Below are positions 34,677-44,415 of a stretch of 64,000 nt of DNA, piece after piece. Position numbers and translations under genes: made by a program. Each line of letters starts with the position of its first letter. Positions within the stretch are counted from its first letter, which is position 1. Location: assembly GCA_010093745.1 (NCBI GenBank), contig MU005978.1, positions 1 to 64,000 on the forward strand. The letters run 5' to 3'. This DNA comes from Piedraia hortae CBS 480.64. Taxonomy: Eukaryota. The notes under the pieces were generated by a model, which did not search any database, was not told where the DNA came from, and worked only from the letters and a program-made list of their open reading frames with translations.

Positions 34677-35381
34677 GATATTCGTGTACGTCGGGTGATA
34701 GCCGGTATTTGCCTCGAAGCTGGCTCTTGTCGGCTCCATTCTTATCCTTACCATACACTGTCCTGATCACAATGGCACAATGACACAATGCACTGTACTC
34801 TTCTTGTCTCCTACCATGCTCTATCAATAAGTCACATACGTTGCCATACATCCTCGGGTGATAGAAAGCAATCTTGGCACACCTCGTGACTCAAAGCCAC
34901 TGCCGCATTTTTGCTAATCTCCTTCCTAAGTATCGCAGTAAAGAGCCTCCATCACCCGCTTCAATACCCAAGCAATTAAGATACTGCTTATCCACACATC
35001 CCAACCAATTCCAATATGATCTGCTCTTCCTCCTTGTTCACTGATTTGAGAATCACCTCCCCCCCCAATTCCTCGAACAAATTATGCGCCTATGGCTTTT
35101 CCTACGCCTTTGATTTCTAGACTTTCCAGTTCGTTCAAATTTTCTGCTCATTCCTTACTGCTGTATAAACATTCATAATGAAAATCGCTCGCTAAGTCCT
35201 TTGGTTCTTTGGAGCACTCCACGCTGGCTTTGTAATCTGCCTTCTGACCACGAAAGATGGCTGCTCGGTAAATTATCGAAGACGAGCTTATTAACCCCCG
35301 CATTTTCAGGGTTCCTTAGGTTTCTGCTCATTGGCAAAAAAATGAAGCCACTTGGCATCTGGTGTGCGATCGAGCAGCATC

Positions 35382-35692
35382 TGTCGGTTAGGTGAACCCC
35401 CAAGGACTAAAGCGGAACGTATATCAACGACAAATGTGTGCACTCAACTCTGACCAAAAGCTGAATGTAGATGTCTATCTCTACGTAAGGTGAGGTTCGA
35501 AACCTTTTCCACACTATCTCAGTCTAAGTGCATTCGCCAGGACAACGTCAGCGAACCATGCCCTTAAGCATGAACGAGACAATGACACATCTCAGGGGAA
35601 ACTTCCTCTATAGAGGTAAAAAACCTGAGAAGTTTCGACTTCTATCTAAGGTTTTGGTAATGGTGGGTGCCACACCCTTCTGACTTCTGACA
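35382..35692. mobile_element. Repeat family A copy 1 (~310 bp, LTR-like TGTC...GACA ends), uninterrupted
   Basis: Aligns by eye with 57221-57319 plus 57698-57885. The left boundary is uncertain and there is no clean TSD. Confidence 0.7.
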
Positions 35693-35713
35693 GTTTCTTG
35701 CACACCCAAGGCT

Positions 35714-36082
35714 TATTGGAGTCAGGCATCGCCGCTAGTGCGTATGCGGGACACCTGCAAAGAAAGTCAACTATAACCCCCTACACTACCGGCTGCACCC
35801 TAGGTTTTTTCCCTCAGAGAGGTTTTCCTCAGGGCCATGTCAGATGTAACATGGCGAACGCGCCCTACTAATGTACGACGTGACGTCACCGGCCCATCGG
35901 TACAGAAGTTTTATTATGAACGTCTCCTCATTGAAATAGTCATTCACACTGTCATATAGACACTGGTATTGACTCATCTCTATCTGCATCTGTCCTGTCC
36001 CTATTGTCATTTGCCGTCTATCGCTTCGTCCTCCTAGTTCGGGACGCTGCGCACTCCTATCAACGAGAGCCTTATCGCTACA
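35714..36082 (+). mobile_element. Solo LTR, family B copy 1 (~369 bp; 5' TG decayed to TA)
   Basis: Aligns over its full length with 57320-57692 and ends in CGCTACA. No intact TSD. Confidence 0.8.
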
Positions 36083-36374
36083 GGATGTGAGGGGGAGCGC
36101 ATGTTGCGAGTAGTTTAATGATGAGGGGATTAGCGCGGAGCCAGTGTCATATTCATGGGCAATCAAGCATTGAAGATTGCGACTCGGCAGGACGCTGGAG
36201 GCGCAAGCGTTAGTCGACGCACAAAAACGTGTCTGTGATGTATTTAAATTTAATCTCTCGAAAATGTCGGCCAGCCTTCTGGAGTATGTTCACCAGGCTA
36301 GTTTTATAAGTGCATGATAGTCGTGCAAGAGAAATGATATGTTACGAGAAGGTCATACAGTCATACGAGGCTAC

Positions 36375-37436
36375 TCAAATGCCGGGTAAGCCCACAACAT
36401 CCCTCCAGGCGCCGACTCCCCTCGGCAAGAAGTAAACTGCATACAGCGCAACAAATGCTACGAGAAGGCCCGTAACTTTCTCGAACCATGTGTGAAAATA
36501 TGCGGCCGTCATGAGGAGCATCCACCAGCTAAGGCCAGCAACAATGAGTGGAGGCTTGAGGCCGGCACGATCCTGCGAAGCGTCCCTACCTTTATCCCCG
36601 TCGGCGGTATTTCGGTCCGAGTGTAAATCTGTGGTGGCGGAGCGAACAAGGCCTTGTTTTCGCACCCGTCTGGCTTCACGCAGGCCATCGGCCTTGAGAA
36701 CGAGCGGTAGGAGCTCCATCCAGAGCATTGCTGAACCAAGAATGAGCATAAAGACATGTCCTGAGATGTCGTGGCCACCGCGCCATTGGCCGCCAAGAGC
36801 TTTGCAGGCCGCGTGGGTGAATGCAGTTTCAAATTTGCCTTCTTTCACAAGTCCCTTGACACCACCGGCGTCGTCGCCTTCTTCCAGCGCATCAAAGCAA
36901 CGCCCGCCCGTCCATCGGAAGGATCGATCGACGATCGGGGGGCCAAAACACCACTGCGTAACAAATGTCCATACAAGCGTTATGCATGTGTAGCGGAGGA
37001 GCGCCTGGCGACGACGGCGCGTAATCACGGGACTCAATGAGGGGCCCATGCGGGAGTTGAGTGCGAGCAGTAGAACGAAGGCCAATGTTGTCCAGAACCA
37101 GCCAACTTTGACAAAATATACATTGAATATGTTGGACTTTTTGGCAAAGTAGCTCGGGGGCGCCGAAGGATCGTATGATTGCGAAACGTGAAGGTAGGTC
37201 GCACTGCGCGTCGAGGGATGTATCATGCTGAATATGGAGCCCAGAAGGAGAGTCAGAGGGTAGATGGAGAGGAGAGCGGCTTCGAGAGGCGTTGGGAGCC
37301 ATGGGGAGTTGAACGGCGGCGGGTAATTAAGGAGCGACGCGCCTTGGATGGTCGCTGACTGGCCCATTGAAGAGGAGCGCTCAGAATTGGAAAGACGGTC
37401 AATAGGTACCTCGACCTTTGTTCGGCGCGTCGCCAT
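36375..37436 (-). CDS. SCS3: FIT-family ER protein Scs3 (fat-storage-inducing / acyl-CoA diphosphatase)
   Basis: YFAKKSNIFNVYFVK.GWFWT, TQWCFGPP..DR.F..TGG.C, C...GG.W.GGHDISGHVF and MTA.YFHTW.EK.TG. Confidence 0.9.
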   Translation of the reverse strand: MATRRTKVEVPIDRLSNSERSSSMGQSATIQGASLLNYPPPFNSPWLPTPLEAALLSIYPLTLLLGSIFSMIHPSTRSATYLHVSQSYDPSAPPSYFAKKSNIFNVYFVKVGWFWTTLAFVLLLALNSRMGPSLSPVITRRRRQALLRYTCITLVWTFVTQWCFGPPIVDRSFRWTGGRCFDALEEGDDAGGVKGLVKEGKFETAFTHAACKALGGQWRGGHDISGHVFMLILGSAMLWMELLPLVLKADGLREARRVRKQGLVRSATTDLHSDRNTADGDKGRDASQDRAGLKPPLIVAGLSWWMLLMTAAYFHTWFEKVTGLLVAFVALYAVYFLPRGVGAWRDVVGLPGI

Positions 37437-37710
37437 GTTGTTTGATTGTCCGTCCAAGTCCGCCAGAGGAGGTGATGTTAGCTTCCGTCCTGGGACTAGC
37501 CTGTTGTTACATCATCCGCCGGAGGAGGACTGGACGTGGGGCCGCCGGACTTGGCAGATGCCTGAACACACACACACACACTAGAAACCAGCACGTCATG
37601 CATGTCTCCAAAAATCACTTTGTTGAGTCTACATAGTTCATGACGACTGCCTGCAGTAACAAATGAAAGAAAGAGCACATCAAAGCATGATAGAATGTAA
37701 TTTGCATACT

Positions 37711-39417
37711 TCAGAACAGTGTCTTGAGAACCTCGAAAATGTTCCTCGTAATCGGGCTTACACCCGCCCTTGCTGGGCTTCGCGGATCAGCATCCGACGT
37801 ACGGCCCTTTTCCTCTGAAACGGGAACACGATCGGGCAAGGCAAATGCCAATGCAAACGGGTTTTTTGTAAATTCTTCAGCGCGCGGTGAGAGTAACGCT
37901 TCACCCAGAGCGCTCACTGAAGGCTCTATGCGCGCTTGCAATGTTTGAAGTCGACGCTGCTCGGCTAGGCTGGGAGAGGAGATCTTTCCTCGCAGCTCGC
38001 ATTTGGGAACAGTCATCCGTCTGGGAGAACTCGAACGACGACAAGATTGGACTGTCAGTGGTTGCTTAGAACTCTCGGCAGGCCATTTGAACGCAGACGG
38101 TGCAGATGACGGACCGGAGCTGATTGGGCTTGCTGTCTTTGTAGCGACAACGGCTGATCGCGGCTCTTGCCAGTTAGGAGAATGAGAAATTGGTGTGAGA
38201 CTCCGGTCAGGGGACAAGATGCCTCCCCGAGCCAGACTCGAGCGGAACTCTTGCAGCTGCATAATCAGGTTCATGTTTGGTCCAATCCATTTGCTGCGTT
38301 TTTTGACCGCATCGTATGCTTCTTGGACGCTCATTGAGGGGTTTTTGTAAAGTCCATAGGCTACCACCAAACTGGCTGAGCGGCTGACGCCACACTGGCA
38401 GTGAACGAGGATGTGTTTGCCCTCTCGGTCCTTTTCCTCCATCAATCTGCATAATCGAAGGAGATCGGGGACAATATCGCTATTGTGTTCCCATTTAATG
38501 TGGATGTATTCTGGGTCTTTGCCGCCATTTGATGGGGACGGGGCTTTGGAGCGCTGTTGTGGTGCAAACTGGATGCCGCCTCCTCCATCAATTCGGATAT
38601 CAGGCTCTACTACATCGGCTGCGGCTTCGTGAAGCGGGTTGCGCACCTCGCTGGCCACGTTGAACACCACATCGTAGCCTCGACATTGCTCTGCAGTAGG
38701 TTCCAGGAAAAGGTCGACGTTGGGCTCGTAAACGCAGATTGGTCCATCGGGATAAGCTTCGGGTCGCTCCTCCCGTGACAGAGGCAGATCGAAGCTTGGA
38801 CTCTCCTGTTTCGGAGCGGGGGACGCAATCGTTTCTAACGGCACCATCCGTTTCTTTCCGGAAAAACTCCTCAACGCAGTCGAGGGAAGGGCGGGCGAGG
38901 ACTGGAAGTGTCGAAGGGTGTACGGCCGGCCGGGCGTCGGAGGAACAGTCATCTTGACCTCTTGCGGCGTGTCACCATTGCTAGACGGCGTCAAGAGCGT
39001 CAGGCCAAGGTTGCTGGGCTTGCGCTTAGGTGCTGATGGAGGACGAGCAAAGGAAGGCGATGCAACCGGGTTGCCAAGCGGGAGACAGGTAGTCGAAGCT
39101 GCACGGGGATTACAAACCGTGTTCACGGCCAAGTTCTTGAGGTTCCGGCCTTTCCTTGGCAGCGGCTGCTTCTGGAGCTCAAAGAAAGGCGAAGGTGTGG
39201 CATCTGAAGTATGCGGCCTAGGCTTTGAGGGAGAGAACGAGGCAGAAGGCGGCGACTCTGGCGACGAGCCGGGCGAAGGCTCAGTGGCACTGGAATAATC
39301 CAGCATTGATGCAGAACTGGGTGAAGACTTGCTCGACCCAGACGCGACCGTCGACTCGCTGACGGAATGGTGGTGATGAAAGCGGAAGGCCTCGGAGGGC
39401 GAGATGGGGGGCGACAT
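37711..39417 (-). CDS. MSG5: Dual-specificity MAPK phosphatase (Msg5/Pmp1 type)
   Basis: YPDGPICVY, NVASEV, catalytic VHCQCGVSRSASL and AY..VK.RS.WIGPNM.LI.QL. An N-terminal RNLKNL docking-like motif is also present. Confidence 0.85.
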   Translation of the reverse strand: MSPPISPSEAFRFHHHHSVSESTVASGSSKSSPSSASMLDYSSATEPSPGSSPESPPSASFSPSKPRPHTSDATPSPFFELQKQPLPRKGRNLKNLAVNTVCNPRAASTTCLPLGNPVASPSFARPPSAPKRKPSNLGLTLLTPSSNGDTPQEVKMTVPPTPGRPYTLRHFQSSPALPSTALRSFSGKKRMVPLETIASPAPKQESPSFDLPLSREERPEAYPDGPICVYEPNVDLFLEPTAEQCRGYDVVFNVASEVRNPLHEAAADVVEPDIRIDGGGGIQFAPQQRSKAPSPSNGGKDPEYIHIKWEHNSDIVPDLLRLCRLMEEKDREGKHILVHCQCGVSRSASLVVAYGLYKNPSMSVQEAYDAVKKRSKWIGPNMNLIMQLQEFRSSLARGGILSPDRSLTPISHSPNWQEPRSAVVATKTASPISSGPSSAPSAFKWPAESSKQPLTVQSCRRSSSPRRMTVPKCELRGKISSPSLAEQRRLQTLQARIEPSVSALGEALLSPRAEEFTKNPFALAFALPDRVPVSEEKGRTSDADPRSPARAGVSPITRNIFEVLKTLF

Positions 39418-40341
39418 TGCAGCAGACGAATCGCCAGGAATCTTCGAGTGGAGAGGGGAAGAAAGAGATCACGACATGCCTGGGCGTGTTAGAGAGAACC
39501 GGGGTGTGGGGATGTGCTGTGAATAAGCGCGAGGGACGCACCGGAGTATTAAGAGGGAAAAAAGGGTTCGATAAAAGGATAAGGAGGACAAGAAACAAAG
39601 AGACGAATTGTCAACCCTGGCCCAAGGGCAGTGGCAGGACCAGAAGGGGTGAGAGGATGCAAAGGGCGCGGAGGGAGTGTAAGAGAAAGGCGAGTATGAA
39701 GCCAGTCGCGCGCAAAAGGCGCCAAAAGCCAGTGGGAGAAGCTAATTATAGCATGCGGGTTTCATCCATTCCCCACAACGACTGGCCAATCACCGCTGAC
39801 CGAGGTTCAACCGCGTTGGCGGCGCGTTTGTTGGCGCGGCCTCTTTGACGGTTGTCTGTCGTTGAAACGGTGCTATTGCTGCCGTTTGTCCTTGATATTT
39901 GGTTGTACACTGCCATTGGCGGTACAAATGCCGCACAAAGGACGTTTTTGCCGGATCCTGGCCGAATAAAAGCGATCTACAGCCTATTAATAGCCCGTCG
40001 CTCCCGATCTCGACAGGGATGCCCTCACGTGCCCAACCACGAGTTGGGTGCGCGTTATTCGCGGGCAGGCAAGATGGCAAGCGGGAGCAGCAACGGCTGT
40101 TAATCTGGCCGAGTGTCAGGAACCGTCAGCGCCGTTGCTGATGTTCATCTCGTTGACACATTGCCATTGGCAAAACCGTGCAATCTAACAGATCTCCCTA
40201 CGGTCCGTGTCAGTGTCATCGTGTCATCTGGGGGCGTCTCAAGGTCCAAAAATCCGACGTGTCAACAACCGTCGGCCATTGAAAGTGTTATTTTCCATGT
40301 AGATCCAGGGGTGGCCGCCTTGACTCGACCGCTCACCCTCC

Positions 40342-41748
40342 ATGTCTCACCCCAGACTCTCAAAGCCCATGTCAACTGACAATAGCGACAACGATACATT
40401 TTACGAGGCGCCGTCGGACTTGCTCCGCCAGCTCCGCGTTGGCGACGGCTGCGGCATTAGCAGTGGATCCCGGTCGCCCGTGGCCACGACGCCGCAGCGG
40501 ACCTTTCGGCCGACGCGCTCGGTCATCGGGACGCGTGACGCGAGGAGACGCGTGACGAGACAGCCCGAAGTGCACAGTCTGCGGCGGCGGCACAACGAGG
40601 GGGAGACGCGTTCACCTCCCGTAGACGCGCGCCGTAAGTCATTGCCGCTGTCGCTACCGAATCAAAAGCGACAGCACATGGAAAACGACTTGTTCTTGGA
40701 GCTGGCCGACGACGACGGCAACAAACGACGTTCACTGCCGCCATCGTCGCTGCCCCACCGGCCACCGCCGACGTCCGCGCGCTCTCTCGCACGCGTGCCA
40801 CACATCGGTCTATCATCGCGTCACACGCCACACCTGTCCGACGATCGTTCGCGACGCCAGTCTGTTCACAGTCGGCGGAGCCATCCCTCCAGCCGCACCC
40901 ACGGTTCACGCGAAGGCTCGGCCGCCGGAAGTCTCGGGCCCAAACGCTCACCGGCCGAATCGGCTTCCGCTGGCTCGCACGCCGACACGGTGTGGGACGA
41001 GCTGAGCGAACTCAAGTCGCGCATACGGCTGCTGGAGAGCGGCGAGAGGCCACCGACGGCCACGACAACTCCATCAACCGTCGTCACATCGCCACTGCGG
41101 GAGCGCGAGGGTGTCCACCCGCTGCTCCATGCAGCACTGGCCAAAGCCAAGCCATTGCTCCAGCCCACCTTGTATCGTTCCCTAGAAGCAACGGCATCTG
41201 ACGCGCTGCATCTTGCTGCTACGGGCTTCTCGGACCGACAAACGCGTCGCAAGGCAGACTCCATGTGTCGTAACCTAACAGACCTTGTTCTCGCCCTGTG
41301 TGATGGCAAACACGAGAGTGTTCTGTCACGAGCAGATTCGTTCCGGTGCTCTGAGCCATATTCTCCTCGACGAGCAGAGACCAGCTACTCCCCCGCCATG
41401 CGTGCTGATATATCATCGTTGCGTTCGTCCGAGTCTTCCCGGCCAATGAGCAGATTAGAGGCCCGTCGATCGAGCATTCTGGGCCATCTTGAACCTGAAT
41501 TGAGCAGAACACCTAACCGTTACCTCTATGCCGGTGACCCGATTGACCCTCCACCCCGTCCTGCGTCAAGGTATGCCTACAGTGGCAGCTCGCCCGGCCT
41601 GCGAGAGACGCTGGCAGCCCGGAGGGCAAACTCGGCAGCCTACGACCACGTCCAAAACGCTGCTGCTGGCGACTGGGAGAGCTCTAGATGGAGGCGGGCA
41701 AGGAACAGAGCTTCCAGCGTCATATCGGGTGCCGTCAAGGTGGAATGA
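40342..41748 (+). CDS. Arg/Ser-rich disordered protein with a short coiled coil (TVWDELSELKSRIRLLE)
   Basis: 468-aa ORF with ordered blocks HPLLHAALAKAK...LYRSLEATASDAL and RRKADSMCRNLTDL.LALC. Function uncertain. Confidence 0.7.
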   Translation: MSHPRLSKPMSTDNSDNDTFYEAPSDLLRQLRVGDGCGISSGSRSPVATTPQRTFRPTRSVIGTRDARRRVTRQPEVHSLRRRHNEGETRSPPVDARRKSLPLSLPNQKRQHMENDLFLELADDDGNKRRSLPPSSLPHRPPPTSARSLARVPHIGLSSRHTPHLSDDRSRRQSVHSRRSHPSSRTHGSREGSAAGSLGPKRSPAESASAGSHADTVWDELSELKSRIRLLESGERPPTATTTPSTVVTSPLREREGVHPLLHAALAKAKPLLQPTLYRSLEATASDALHLAATGFSDRQTRRKADSMCRNLTDLVLALCDGKHESVLSRADSFRCSEPYSPRRAETSYSPAMRADISSLRSSESSRPMSRLEARRSSILGHLEPELSRTPNRYLYAGDPIDPPPRPASRYAYSGSSPGLRETLAARRANSAAYDHVQNAAAGDWESSRWRRARNRASSVISGAVKVE

Positions 41749-41842
41749 AAAACCTTTGCTTCGTCAAACTTGTAATATTCTTGTCAGGCTGAGAGCCGGT
41801 CTTGTACAGCAAAATGTCCAACCATTATGTTTCCAAGATACC

Positions 41843-43621
41843 TCACATCACAAGGCATTCTGCTCGACGACGAACAGTAACGTAGGAATCCGGGAGCAAG
41901 GATCGACGCCGCCACCAGCTTCGTCTCCTTGCCGCATTTCCCTCCTGTGCCAGCACAAGATAAGTACCACGATGTTCTGCCCCTCCCGCCCCATCCAAGT
42001 CGCCACGCAGCACCATATTTGTGTGCTCATCCACCAGTGCCTGCAGTTTATAGCAGCATCTGAGTTTTACCATGCCTTTTCCCCTAGAGTTCGCTATAAG
42101 CACCTCCCTCAACCCCCACCAGCTGACCATCCCGCAATCGAAAACTGTCAGCTGCAGCTCCTGCATGCTGCTTCTCCCTGCCGTTTCGCTGAGCACCTTG
42201 TCAGTGATGTTGGTGTTGTCAAGCTTCAACCTTTGCAGCTTGTCGCACTTTCGAAGCAGCGTGCAAACGTCCTCGTCGGCCACGTTGCGGCAGGACGAAA
42301 TGTTTACGTACCGTAGACTTCGAATGCAAGTGGTTGCCAGGCTCTTCAAACAGTACCTGTTCACACCACGCATTTCCTGCAGCTCTACATGGGAGAGCAG
42401 GGGGGTCGTACGGAAGAGATCCCCGAGAGTGCCATCGTTGACCCTGCAGCGAGAGATCATCAGGCGTTCCATGTAGGGCACATTGCCAATCATCGACCGT
42501 AAGCCCAGGTCGCTGATGTGTTTGCACCCCGAAAGGTCCAGGTGCCTCAGCTTGCGCGGTGGCGCCTGTACTTTGCTCGCGAATCCGTTAACTTCGCTGT
42601 CCAATCCTTGCATAAGGATTGTCAGCACTTGGTTTGTCAGACTGGTGCAGTCTGTCAGGCACAGCGTCTCCAGCTGGTTGTGTATAAAGAGTTTCTCAGC
42701 CACCTCTGGATCGTCCCATCCGACTGTCTCCGCTGCCCTGAGCTCTTTAAGCCTAGTACAACTGCCCACAACGTGCGCCAGGCCTTGCTTGTCTACGGCA
42801 TGGCACCATGACACGTCGAGGTACTGTAACAGCGGACAGGAAACAGACAATCGTTGTAACGTCGAGCTCGTTACTCCACTTAATCCGCGCACACTCAAAT
42901 TGCGAAGCCCAGAGTTGTATGTCAGAAATGCCTCAATGGCCCATGGATCAATGTTTGTGCCTTCAAGAGTCAGATTGCGTATATTCTTCCCGGCCGCGGC
43001 GACTCTTTGCACATCTCGAAGCTGCGCCACCTGCAAACAGCCACGCAGATTCAGGGTCCGCAGAAACGACCCAGCCGACGAGATGATGAATGCCAGTGCT
43101 TCATCCGAGATATCGCGGTAATAGCTTGTCGTGTCTATACAGGTCCAGAGCTGTCCATCGAAACACATTTCATTGAAGGCTTTGGACACTCTGGCGCAGC
43201 GCACAAGTTCCTTTGAATTCAAAAAGCCTAAAATGTGCAGCCAAAGTTCACGAGGAAGGTCCTCCCAAATGGCGAAATTACGCGACGACATGCGTTTACT
43301 AGCAATTACCTTGGGAATGACAACAGAGTTCTTTGAATCTTTTGACAGAGTGAGCTGCAGGACTCTGGCACCTGCATCCCAGATTAAAACGGCCTCGGGT
43401 CCCAGCACCGAGTCCCGTCGTTTCTGATCAAATGGCGAAGGCGGGGCCGAGGACAGTGACAAACAAGATACTGAGCAACTGCCACTGTCGTACCTTTTTG
43501 ACCGCCTTGTCAGCCGACTAAGGGAACAACTTGATGAGATGCGATGCTGGTGTAAACTGGCAAATAGCCGTTGACGGTACTTGTGGCCTAAGCTCCTCGT
43601 CCGCTCATCAGCAGTAGACAT
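41843..43621 (-). CDS. F-box/leucine-rich-repeat protein (FBXL2/20-like) with a C-terminal CaaX
   Basis: F-box WEDLPRELWLHILGFL..KELVRCARVSK.F..MCFDGQLW, several LxxLxLxxC repeats, and a C-terminal CLVM. The true start could lie further upstream. Confidence 0.85.
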   Translation of the reverse strand: MSTADERTRSLGHKYRQRLFASLHQHRISSSCSLSRLTRRSKRYDSGSCSVSCLSLSSAPPSPFDQKRRDSVLGPEAVLIWDAGARVLQLTLSKDSKNSVVIPKVIASKRMSSRNFAIWEDLPRELWLHILGFLNSKELVRCARVSKAFNEMCFDGQLWTCIDTTSYYRDISDEALAFIISSAGSFLRTLNLRGCLQVAQLRDVQRVAAAGKNIRNLTLEGTNIDPWAIEAFLTYNSGLRNLSVRGLSGVTSSTLQRLSVSCPLLQYLDVSWCHAVDKQGLAHVVGSCTRLKELRAAETVGWDDPEVAEKLFIHNQLETLCLTDCTSLTNQVLTILMQGLDSEVNGFASKVQAPPRKLRHLDLSGCKHISDLGLRSMIGNVPYMERLMISRCRVNDGTLGDLFRTTPLLSHVELQEMRGVNRYCLKSLATTCIRSLRYVNISSCRNVADEDVCTLLRKCDKLQRLKLDNTNITDKVLSETAGRSSMQELQLTVFDCGMVSWWGLREVLIANSRGKGMVKLRCCYKLQALVDEHTNMVLRGDLDGAGGAEHRGTYLVLAQEGNAARRRSWWRRRSLLPDSYVTVRRRAECLVM

Positions 43622-44415
43622 GTTATCTGGGAGAATTCGCACAATTACAGACAGCAATCATTTCACACCCCAGCCCCTCTTTATGACGCGGGGTTAGCTG
43701 AGCGTATCAATGCAGGGTCCAGTCCGTGTCAGTTGGTCTAGTCCGCGTGGGGAAAGTGGGTTGGTCCAGTCCAGGCGAGGTACTATTGACGTCATTTTCC
43801 GGTGAGGCTGAGACATATGCATTAACTTAAGATGTTCCCTATTGAGCCTTTCCCACTCTTGAGGTCTCGTTGGGTAATGAATCACAATGGTTCAAACTGT
43901 GATGGATGTCAATTGTAGTGAAATTTTCCCTTCGCCAGGGTAGCCACGTGCCACGCCTCCAGCTTCTGGCCCATGGCAACGGTTTCTGCCACCTGCCAGA
44001 GCAAAGTAAAAGCCTCTGCGCCAACAAGCTGTGCATCAAATTCCAGATCGCAGAGAGTAGCATGTAGCGCAAGCCACTCATATGGCTTGACGGTTGGACC
44101 CGTTTTATGACTGTTCAAGTTATATGCTTGGCATCTACCCTTTTGCAGGACATGCAAGGATTCCTGCAACGATATCGGTAATCCAGGGCATCTTACACAG
44201 ACCAAAACACCCTAGGGTAGGCAGCGGGCACAACAATGAAGAAATGATGAGAAAATGAAAAAAGAAAAAACAAGGCTCACTAAATCCTACGACTCAGGCT
44301 CACACAGCCTCGTTGCAAAACGCATAATAGACATTCGCGGCTCATCAGTAGTCTTCCTAGGTAGACAATTTATTAGGTCGACCAGTAATCACTAGCCGAT
44401 ATCGGCCTTAAAAAG

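Noticed and set aside
35493..35503. Bona fide tRNA gene at GGTTCGAAAC
   Set aside because: No A-box, D-loop GG or canonical 7-nt anticodon loop. Kept only as a speculative tRNA-like structure.
35382..36082. Strong RIP signature in the repeats
   Set aside because: Differences between copies include many transversions and transitions in both directions, so RIP cannot be claimed by eye.
20006..39417. Functional cluster of the MAPKK and the MAPK phosphatase
   Set aside because: They are 16 kb apart with unrelated genes between them, so chance co-location is sufficient.
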